In this document: one piece after another, positions 15,001-27,000 of the stretch | How positions within the stretch are numbered: position 1 is the first letter of the stretch | How the letters are laid out: each line of letters starts with the position of its first letter | DNA from: Botryllus schlosseri | Taxonomy: Eukaryota | Length of the DNA stretch: 64,000 nucleotides | Direction: 5' to 3' | Assembly: GCA_051294905.1 (NCBI GenBank) | Contig: CM119374.1 | Location: 23,374,001-23,438,000, forward strand | Notes under the pieces: generated by a model | Database searches by the model: none | Told to the model about the DNA's origin: nothing | The model's input: the letters and a program-made list of their open reading frames with translations, nothing else | Translations under genes and position numbers: made by a program

Positions 15001-18000
15001 TTTGCAGTTTTCAATCTTGGGAAAACCTCTGTTTTCAAACCTTTATATTATGCGGCGACACGTTTTGCTGCCTAATACGAATCCTGCTGTTTTTTTTTAC
15101 TTCATTCTTAAAACCTCCGTTTCTGACTATGGCGTGTTTGGCTCGGTTTTATATCATATTCCAATAATGCTTCTTTAGTCTTAATATTTTCATTTTTATG
15201 GGTTTCATTCTTTTCTGTATTTTACTACTTTTGTTGGACTTTATTGCACTTATAGAAACTCTGTCGGTTTTGGCTAAAATCCAGATTTGACTACGTTAAT
15301 AATTCTATAATCAGTGCATTAGTGAATGTGTTATTTGTGAAGCTAGATTTGGATCATAATGTCTTTGTCGAAATTTAGACACTCACAATCTCCTTGTGGA
15401 ACGGAACGTGATATACAACATCATGGGTGGCGCCTTCTTCATTGAGGACGGTATTGAAACGGGCAACGTTATCCAGTACAACCTCGCCGTGTTCGTCAAA
15501 CAGAGCACCTCTTTACTCAACGACGACATCACACCAGGTAATGTTACGCTTCTTCGAAAAGCCCTTAAATAGATGCATTTTCGCACGACCGAGATTCTTC
15601 TTTTAAAGTATTATTATCCCTACTTCTGCGCATGAGAAAGCTTGTGTTTCTGAATGAGAGAGCCAAGAACTATGTTATTGATGACTTACAGTAAAATGGT
15701 ATCGCCTGCTAGCGTATTCAATCCCATCAAACTGGAAAACTCATACACTGACACCAATATTTTGCAACGTGTAATCGATTTCGTAGTTGCATATAGACTT
15801 CCCTTCTTTTTTATATCTTTCCAACGATAAAATTCCGCCACCTGCATATAATTCATGGCAATTGGCTTAAGAATTTGAACGATATGTGGAATTATACACA
15901 ATTAATTCATTACAAGGCGGTGGTTGATGGAATTAACCAACAGCTCGTGATGCAAAAGACCTTCCTTGTTATAACACATGCACCATCCCATGATATGATT
16001 AAAAGTAATACAGTTTTCACTAGAATCAAGTATGGATTTCAATTTGAAATGAATGAGTTTTTGAAGACTTTGTTCGAATTAGAAGTGCGTTAGTTACAAG
16101 TCTGGTCATTTCCAATTTTCATGCGAATTTCAAATTCATACCAGTCACCATCTTATTTGGACATGATTCGAAGTAAGTTTTTACTTTGGATTCGAACTCG
16201 ATATACAATGTCAAATTCAGATGAGAATTTGTTCCTGGTACAGTGTCTTCGGTTATTGTAACAAGTACACTGTTTCAGCCGCTTACTGGGTGACCAACCC
16301 CAACAACACCATACAGCACAACCACGCCGCCGGGGGCACCCACTTTGGATTCTGGTACAGAATGCACGAGCACCCGGACGGGCCCTCCTTCGACCCGGAC
16401 ATTTGCCAGCAGAACGTGGAGCTCGGCACCTTCCAAAACAACACGGCACACACCCAGGGCTGGTTCGGGCTGTGGATCTTCCAGAAATATCTGCCCCGAG
16501 AGGGGTCCGGGTGAGTGGTTTCGTTGGCGTATCAAATTGTGTAGATGTCAGCAACTCTCAAATCTTATCCAGGTGTGGCGCGGTGGCCCCCAGCGCCGCA
16601 AAATTCTACACCCTGACCTCGTGGCACTGCGAGAAAGGCTCGGAATGGGTGGAAGGAGGCGCGATTCAGTTTATCGGATTCAAGTCTGCCAGTCACGAAG
16701 ACTCGGCCATCGACGTCAAGCTGATTTTCGGCACCGAGTGGAGCAAGGAGGACCGGGGCTCGATGATTCAGGACAATCTCGTCGTGGGTCGGGCCAACTT
16801 TGAGACGGCCGCCGACGAAGGGAGATACGGAATTGTGAGTGTTTTGATGGAGTCGGCGTCTAGAAATTAAGGGAACGTGGGACTGTGCTAAGTTTGCGTT
16901 GAACATGTTGCTTTGGAAGTTGAAAAATGTTCATTTACAACCAAATTTCTCTATAAAATTTGTACTTTGTGATCTGACAAGTCGACCCTACCCAGAGTCA
17001 TATTGTTCACACTCTGTTCTACACTGCTAAGTTTTTTAGAGACGCGCTTGTACAGCACATACTAACGAATAATGTAACCATATTGAAATAAACCCAAATA
17101 TTTTCGGCTGACACTCGTTAGGGTAATTGTCATTACTGGGTTATTTCTACATGAATATATTATATAATAAAGTATTCTTTTATTATTTTCATGCATTATA
17201 GTGATTTTCTTTTCGGTTGGACGAATCAATAGATAACCTTGAACCACGCATTGATGTCTTTTGTCCCACGTTAACGTTGTCATTCCTGCTGAAATATGCC
17301 AAATAATGAAATATTCCTATTAAGTAGCAATTTCTACACACAGTAAATGTTCTGACTGCAGCAAAACAATCATACTTTCAGGTACTGCCATTTGCGCCTG
17401 GGCTCTGGCTGGATGGCATCACGTTCGTGAACTTTGCAGAAAGCGAAAACACTGCCTTTATCGTGACGCACATTTCCGGAACTTGCACCGTGTTATGTGG
17501 CGGATTTACGTATCGCATGGAACGTGAGTATCCGATAGAATGCATATTAATTGCGACTCGCAGTTACTCAACCGGTTGAGGTTCTAGACTACTGCTGCTA
17601 AACAGTTTTCAGTTTTACTGACAAAAACCAGGCCTTGAATACTTACTTTATTAATGACTTATAAATTTCTACATCCATTTGCGTTAAGGACTAAGCTTCA
17701 CAAACGTCAACACACGTATCACATGGAGATGGGAGCACGAGGGAGTCATTGAAGATCTCGATGGTACTTTTACAGGCGATATGACGCCCCAGAAAGTGGT
17801 GCCTTCCTCTGAGATATATTACGATGGAACATCGTGCCAGGTAACTGATATTCTTAGACTGCAGCACGAAATGAATGAAATTCGCTATGTCCCCCATCAA
17901 ACGGAAATTAGCCGTACCAAGCTTTACTATTTTGGCATTTATGGACATCACTCGCAAGAATTTGAATATTCACAGGGAATGCTAACAATAGAGAGGGCAC

Positions 18001-21000
18001 ATATTGTTTTTCAATACCTGGTTTTGTAACATTATTAGTTAGATCCTATTTCAATGATTCAGGAGATTGATCATTTCTGTAAGGAGTCTGTGACTATAAA
18101 AAGGATGAAAATTATTGATATTTACTCATAAGAGAAATTGCGGTGACACTAATCGCAATACATCAATGGGTTTGATTGACGATATATTGTGTTTCGCAGA
18201 ACTGTGTAGCATACCAGGGTGGGTTGGCTGCACCTTTTCTATTTCGTACGTGAATGTAAAAACGTATCTTTAGGTGTTGCTTTAACGAGTTTGAGAACCA
18301 CTGCTTTACAAAACAAGGCTCCCTGCGTGTTTCAAAATGCGCTTTTCCATTAGGTCATGACGGACCAGGCATTCAGCCGGAGCGACGCATACCCGTCCAT
18401 GAAATGTTCTCCCGACGTACACTTCCACCGTCTGGCTTTCAACGATATCTCGCCGGAATCGCTGCGATACAAAAACGCGACCTTCACGCGTGTAGACGCG
18501 CCCGAGCGCATGGCCAAGTCTTTGTTTGCCAAAAAGAGACTGACTCACGCTGAAGGTACGTTTTTTTGGGATCTATATGTGCTGGAAATTAAAACTAATT
18601 CAACGTGTCTTCATTCTGTACAAGCTAAAATATGCCTCAAAATACACAAAATGCCACAAATCTTGACGAAATATTGGTGTCAGAGCTCTGCTCGCTCTTA
18701 TAGGTAGAGCGTGTTTTCTTGGTTTTCCTGAAACCAATGTTGGTAATATATTCTCACTATTGCAGTTTTCAATTTCATCGACCGACAACATGATATATTC
18801 TGTTATAAATATGTTGTTCTGTGCGATAGTTATTGTGCATTATTTTGTCGGTAGGTTCGATGTTCCTCCTTCGCGGCGGTAAAGAATACGTCATGGGATT
18901 CGAAAACGGCGGCTCCTTCATCAACATGACCTACAACGCCAAGTTTTACGACCTGTTCGAGGGCGATTATGTCATCGTGAAGCACGAAATGCACCAGGCG
19001 CCGAGCAGGTAAGCGAGCAGGATATAGCCATTTCCAAGTAAGTACAAATGTGAATATTCTAGGCCTAAAAAAACTGTAAACCGTTAACTAGAAGCAGCTT
19101 ATCCGGGAGAATGGTAATCGCCTGAATGAAACTGTTGAACACGGTGCATGAATTTGAATAATATTTCGAGCCAAGATTATCCCAAACCTGCTCGAGTACT
19201 TCAAAGAAGTAGAAGTACTGCTTTGTCTTCAAACTACCGCCAGTAATTAGATCCCAGCCAACATCAGTTACGTTTTGTTATCTGTTATATTTGCAAAAAT
19301 ACGTTTCATAGCAATATTGGTACCCGGCTTGGAATTTTGAGCTCTATTTCTAACGGAATTCAGGGTACTTTGAGTAAAATACGCGATACACCTTTTAGAA
19401 TCGCAGTCTGCGGTGACGAAGGCGACTCTTGCGACCCTATTACCGTGCCGGCCTCTGGCGAGGGCACCGCTATCGATTCCACGAGCGACAACAAAGCCTG
19501 GCATTACGACGACGTCAACGGTCTGTTCACTTACATGGTGACGAGGCGTACTAGCAGCCGGAAGAAGCGCGGCAGCATGAGCTGGCAGCAAATGGACGGG
19601 TCGGAGTTGTCGAATTATGTCGTACGGATGACTATTGAACGGTGTGTCGTCGTATTTATTATTATTAGTGTATATCGTCGCAGTGGAATGCAGGGTTGTA
19701 GCCAAGTCACAAGGTTCCGAGTCACAAGTTAATCTCACTTTTATAGTTTTGACTCGAGTCAAGTCCAAGTCAGTCAGTAGAGGGTAGAGTCCGAGTTGTA
19801 GTTTTGTGTCTCGAGTCCAAGTCATTATGTTCACTGTTCAGTTGTGGGTCAACCCACTTTTTCGGCTCTGCTCGAGTGATATAGAATGGCTCGTATTCAT
19901 AATATCGTAATTTTCCTCAGTCCTAACAGTTTCTGGCCCTGTTTATCAAGTATCAAGACTGACAAACGAAATACCAATGATGTGGTGACTTTACTATTCT
20001 TCGAAGTTACAAATCTCTTCCTCTACTTGCACTTGATGGAAATTTACCATGTCATTTCTGCAGAAGTACGAACGATGACTTTACCCAACCCAGGATTTGC
20101 CACTCCTACGTAGAGCATATCGTAAAACGGTGCAAAATTTAGTAGATCATGAGATCTTTTCATGATAACCAAAGCGTCAATGTTGTAATTTCGTAGTCTG
20201 TTTTGACATATCTTGGACTCGCTACTTCCACTTTGTAGTTTAGTAGAAATTGATGGATAATTTGACATCTGGATGTCATTTACTTTACAGTTGCTTGTAT
20301 GAAGACTGCATAGTTCCCACTGCGAGCGGTGGTCTCGCCGATGTGTTTGCAGTCGACGATAGCGCCGTTTCCGTAAACAGCTTTGACGATACTAGCAGTT
20401 GCTTTGTTGTGGAGGTATGCGTTTGATTTTGTCAATATAATTTCGATTCAAACCCGCGATATCATTTGCGGCTACAGGGAGACGGTGCAGACAGAGTGGT
20501 CACCATACCGTCGGATTGCTGGATTCTGTGGAATATCTCGAGCGGTTCTGTGAAGAGGTTGAACGTTGACGGTAATTTGGTGTTTAGCGATACGCAAGAC
20601 ATCTCGTTGACAACTACTTATATTGTTGTGAAGGTAAGTGCAATAGAACGCGTTGGCGCTAATTTTGAAGTTTTACATTTCAATTTTTGATCTCACGTGT
20701 AATGAGGTAATCAGTTACTAATCACTCCTGCGTTTTTGAGTACTCAAATAGGTTTTGCTTGAAAACATAGCAGCTTGTGTATGTATTGCAAATGTAAAAG
20801 TATTTTTCACTCACCGCCTCTGGATATAAGCAGATATGTTTGTGGTTATCTGAATTGTTTTCCAATGCAGTAATGCCCTTTTTGGATGTATTTAACATTG
20901 CCGTACGCGTGGCAGGGGCGTTTCATCGCCGGATATTCCGTCTGGGACCCGAGAACGCACAAGCTGGAAATTACCCTCGAGGGCACGCCCACCACCGAAG

Positions 21001-24000
21001 AACTTGTGGCGTCGAGTAAGATTTTTGATTTTGCCACCGTGTTTTTACGATTTTGAGGCTTTCTCGGTGACGCTATCGGACACGTAGTGAAATTGACGAA
21101 AAAAGGAAAATTCCTTAAAAATGGATTCTACTTCCGACGTTAGTACATGGGAGTTAGTCAAAGTAGTCATTATTGCTGCTTGAGTCGAAGTAGAAACATT
21201 GGTGCTCTAAGAGTAACCCAAAAATAAATCGAAAATCATAACGCAGCTGCGGAATCATAGCAGCTCATGTTCACTTTTCAAATTTTGAGATCCATTTTCC
21301 AAATTTTGAGGCAGTCAAGTTTTAAGATTTTGATTTTTTTCAGCGATGCTGTGAAATCAAAGTGGTTTATGTGGATATTTCAGATTTTAAGATCCATTTT
21401 TCAAATTTTGAGACAATCAAGTTTTTTATAGAAAACATCTGCCATGCTGTGACACCGAAGTAGTTTATGTCCGTTTTTCAAATTTTGATACAATCAAGTT
21501 TTTATAGAAATTTTCCTTTTTTCGGTCATATCTTGGTCATGGTTACGTGTAAAATAGACATAAGCTACTCCACAGCGACGATAACCACTTTAGCACTGAA
21601 AGTAGGCAAACGTTAATTTAATACTTAGAAACACTTTGTTGATGACCACCTTTTAATACAGGTGGCGCTGTCATCGGCTCCAAGGCGTTGGCCTGTCACG
21701 GGACTTGCGACCTGCACGGCAGAGACACTGTGAAGACATGGACCAGATTGGGCGCCACTGCGAGCGCCGGGTCTAGCCAGATCGTGCTTGGCGAGGCTGT
21801 CAGCTGGACCGCGGGAGATGAGATTGTGATCGCGCCATCTGGATTCAAGTGAGTTTTAATGCATACTCAATGGGGATTACTGGAGACATGGATTACACAA
21901 GTCAGACTCGAATCACTGCTCGAAAATGCCTAAATAACCCAGTTTTAGTAGTTTTGAAATGGCGTTGGCACCTAGGCAGACTAGTTTGCCATGGTTTAGC
22001 CCAGTGCTTCCCAACCTTTTTCAAATCGGGACCCACTTTTAATGCAAGATTTCCTGTGCGACCCACAAGGAGATATGACCGAACTAATTAAAACCAAACA
22101 ATGAGGAAGGAAACCATGTATAAACATACAATTTAGTATCAGAAGAGCTTCTTGGAGGTACAGAAATTCGATATACAATTGAATAGTATATTCATATTAA
22201 AATGAACCCGAATATTTTAGGCTGACACTCGTCAGCAACTAGTAGAGAATTGTGAAGAACATTGTAACACAACAATCGTATCTCAAAATATGACGTCACC
22301 AGCATGAAATTTCAAATACGAGAGCGAAAAATTATCGAGACGACAGATTTCGTGTCGTTGGGAGGGGTCGTTCACACTTTCACTTGTTTGCCTTGGAGTC
22401 GACTTTTATCAAAATACACCAGCCAAGGCTGTGCCAACAAAAAGAGTTTGTGTACCATCTAAAAATAGTACGTTAAACTCTCTCGTATTCGAAATTTCAT
22501 GCCGGTGACGTCATATTTTGTGATACGATTGTTGATATACAACGTTCTTTCCGATTCTCTACTAGTTGCTGACGATTACCCCTGACGAGCGTCAGCCGAA
22601 AATATTCGGGTTCATTACAATATGAATATACTAGTCAATTTAGCTTCAATGCAAATGTTGAGCTTGCTTATTATACAACAGATATTAACAGATCAAGTCT
22701 AAGCTCTATTGGCTTTATTTTCCTGCTCCGAAAATATCCAGAAATGCTTTAATTGAGGTACACCTATTTTCACGCAACCGTCATATGACCGCACCCCATT
22801 TGTGTCGAGATTTAAAGCAAACTCGAAATGACTTGACATTGGATTTATTAACCGAGTCTCTATTTTCAATTTCCAGCGCTTGGCGGACTGAGAAAAACAC
22901 CATTTCCTCCATTTCCGCGGACGGACTGACTATCACGCTCGCGAGCAGTTTGCAGTACGAGCACAAGCACGAAAAGGCCACGTACGGATCGAGGCCGGAA
23001 GTGGATTTGTCTGCGGAAGTCGGGCTGCTTACCCGTTCGATACGTATCATAGGTAGGTAGGAAGGGAGCATACATTAACAGTATTTGGTTGACTATAGTC
23101 ATGACTTGACCCAGACTTGACGTGTTGAAATAAGTAATGACTCGTGACTCAAAAGGCAAATTTTCTAGTTATTTTTCAAGTCATCCAATATTCTACTTCG
23201 CAAACCCACGTGATCAAAGACAAATTTTCATTCATTGGATTCCATTTACATTTTTGATATGGCTAGTTCCACTGGCAGATAAAACAGCTTTGATATGGCC
23301 TTGACCATCATATTATTGGTACAGTCAGGCATAAGTATATTCAGTCATGTAAACATAAAGCGTAAGGTTTATAAATGGCGTGGTGTCAAGTCAGACTATA
23401 TTCATCCACTCATTAAATCAAACGGCATAAACTGAAAATATCAAATGCTTTGGAATTGACTCGAAATCGGAAAATCTTCGATGGCTTATCTTAGTAGAGT
23501 CACGTTGAATATTTTCGCTACCCGACCCTTGGCTTGACTTGATAAATTTTGAAACGAATTGACTTTACCCAGACCAAAATTTGCGGTGACTCGAAATGAC
23601 TTGTGACTAGAAGGTAGGAATTTAAGTCCATGGACATATGAGCTTGTGGGTCAAAGTTAGGGTTAGCTTTTGCGTGTATAAAGTCACAATAATCGCATGC
23701 TCAAGTGCCGCATGCTCGAGTATCGGTCAACCATTGATTTGATCCGAACACTACCTATTGTCTCATTTTAAATATTGTCTATATATTACAATTCATTTTC
23801 TAATGTTCAGGCGCTGAAAGCAGCGACAGCTACGGAGCCCGGGTTCTCGTCACAAGCACCGAGACCCAGTACACTGGTAAGTCCGCACGACACATCATGC
23901 CTCGGCAAGCTCTAGCGACGCCCTTTTTCAGCCAAGGGCCGGTTTTCCAACGTGGAGTTTTACCGCACTGGGCAGGAGGGCTACTACGACGATTTCGACC

Positions 24001-27000
24001 CGAGAAATTCGATGGCGATCAAAACGGCCGGGCCGGACGCTTCGCAAGTACGAAAATGCTCGTTCCACGACGGTTACGCCCCGGCTGTCGGCGTCTATGG
24101 CACGGACAAGGTGCGCGTTTCGGATAACGTGATTCATCACACCGTCCATGAAGGTTGGACTTTTAATATTTTTAATTTATTATATTTTATTATGTTCATT
24201 CTTTACAATTTGAGTTATTACAAATTTCCCTTGGTATGTTGTATAATGTTGACCAGTGATTTTCAATCTGACCAGAATATATCTACAATTCTATAAGTAC
24301 ACTCTTTGATGAGTTAAGTTTCGTATAATTCTATATATTGAGTCGTCACAAATTTTCTTTGGTCTTTAACATTAGATTACGTTGTTACGATACAGTCAAA
24401 ACCAATGTGATTTTTACAACAACACAACTGCTCCCTTCAACACGCAAAGACGTGCTTCCTGCACTTCAACAAAGTAATGTAGTGTACGAATATAGGTGCC
24501 ACTGTGATTGTGGCTACGTGGGAAGAACGTCAAGACGTCTGCAGGACCGCATAAACCAACATGTCCCCAGATTTATCAGAACACGTGCGTCACGCGATGT
24601 GAAAAGCTCACCCTTAACTCATCCACTTAAGATTGATGCTGATCGATCAAAGGCAATCAATTCTGCCATCGGCAAACATCTGTTGGATAATCCGATTTGT
24701 GCGAATAATTATCGAGACGACCGATTTCGAATCGTAGGTCGAGGCCGTTCACAATTCCATTTGTGTGCCTTGGAATCAACTTTTATCAAAATACACCAAC
24801 CAAAACTCTGTCAACAAAAGGAGTTCGTGTATCACCTAAAAATAGTACATTGAACGCTCTCTCATTCGAAATTTCATGCTGGTGACGTCATATTTTGTGA
24901 TACGATTGTTGATATACAATGTTCTTTCCAATTCTCTACTAGTTGCTGACGATTACCCCTGACGAGTGTCAGCCGAAAATATTCGGGTTCATTTCAATAT
25001 GAATATACTATTTAATTGTATATTGAAGTTCTGTACCTCCAAGAAGCTCTTCAAACATTAGATTACTAAAATTCCTCACATACAAGACGGCATTTGTTTT
25101 TTTCGGTTAAACCTCCGTTCCGAGGAAATGCTATTTTGCTATTTTCTTCCACAATTTTCATTAATCCGTTTCTACCCACTCTGAGTGAATATTATTTTCA
25201 AGTTGATATTTTGATGGGTGTTTATGACATGCATGTAATCATTGCGTCTGTATTGTTCTTTCGGAATGTAATCACAGTTCGATTGTGTCGCATACTATGT
25301 TTGAACTATAAACGTAGCATTCAACATCACAATTAATCACAATTGAATATTCTTTTTTAGCTGTTGTTATCAAAGGCTTTGGACATCAGCTCACCGATAA
25401 CTTGGTGGTTTTGAACGTCTTCAGTGGATCCTACAACGGCAGGTTTGAGTCTGCGAACTTTGTAAGAGAAAAATGCTTTTATTTGTGGATTCGCGGCTGG
25501 TAACAAATTATATGATTTGGTGCAGGATTACACAGCTGCTGTCAACGTGGAGACGGCCACCCAACTGACCATGACCGGCAATGCGGTTGCCGGGGCAGAG
25601 CGCGTGGCCTACAGGATATCCGGACAACCGTGCGATACTTCGGGAGAGATGTTGTGGTCAGGTATGTAAGTGTCTGAGCTGCGGCCGTAGACTAATCCTG
25701 GATTGATCTAAACAGCCAATCCAAATTTGAGAGAGAATTTGGCCTCAGTAAATCATTTTGAGTCAGCTTGAGTTGCCGGAATTTGTCAAATAACTACCAA
25801 TTAGTGATAATCAGGGCGATTTTTTGACATGTCAAAAAAATTTTTTTTCAAAATTGTAGCTTTGGGTCGAAAAATTGTCAAAATTGTTTGCAAAGTCGCA
25901 AAGAATTTGCAACCCGCATTTCGTTTGTATCGTAGATGTTTGGACTTATCATTTGACACTTTACGTCTGGTAGCCATCTTCGTATGTCCAGATTTCGTTA
26001 AAATAAAGTTTTTTCATGTAAAATTTGTCAGTTTTTAGAGTCTGAAAGTTTTTTCCGGCCAAACCACTTCTTGAGGACAGACAGAAATGAAAATCAGTTG
26101 TACAATTCTAGCATCATGTCCGAAAACGCCTAATTTATATGCATGAGGGCAAGATTTTGTCAAAATTAAGTTTTTTAGGTCAAATGAAATCGCCCTAGTG
26201 ATAAAACTATGCAGTCAACAAGGTTCGGAAGATTCGATTTTTGATACCGTAAATGTCGTATTTCAAAAACATAACCAATGGAGAAAGTAACTCGATTAGG
26301 AAAAACCTATCAGACTGCTCAAAGACGTAGAGGCACTACCTCACTGTTCAAGATTTGAGAAACAAATCCGGGTACGAACTCAAACTCGGAACTTCCATGT
26401 CTACATCCAATATCGACTGACATTTATTTGAAAGTCGCTCGAAAACTGGAAAATACTACAAATTTCTTGCCAAAAGTAGAAGCACTTGGCCACCTGTGGC
26501 ATGACCTTACTATTCCAGGCAACGTGGCCCACGCCACTCTTCTGGGCACGGGCCACATGAAAACGGCGCTGCAGGGATGCAATCTCGTCAACGGCTTCAC
26601 CATCTACAACGCGTGGGACTTTGCAATCTATCACCAGACCACGGACAGCGTACGCGTCGAAAACTGCACCGTCGTCGATTCCACCGTGAGCGACGTTGCG
26701 TTTTTTAGGGGCGACTGCATCCTGTATATCAGATATAACAGCTGGAATTGTACCTGACATGAAAATCTTTTCGCTGTAGTTCGAATACGGTGACTTTCTT
26801 AATGAAAATGACTGCTGCCATAATATTTTTCACATTTTCGACTTTAATTTGAGACCACATCATATCCACAGCAATCACATTACGTGACTATGTCTTAATT
26901 CACGCTATTTTGGTTCGAAGGTGGGTTACATGCCGCTGGTCGCCGGCCCGGACCCCCTGACTCACGAGTTTGCGGATAAAAGCGCGACCGTCAAGAACTG

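Noticed and set aside
16153-16906. Several 86-155-aa overlapping ORFs on both strands
   Set aside because: Alternative-frame or antisense shadows of PKHD1L1 exons 27-28.
19268-19834. 188-aa minus-strand ORF
   Set aside because: Antisense to exon 33 and runs into a GACTCGAGTC repeat; no recognisable protein motifs.
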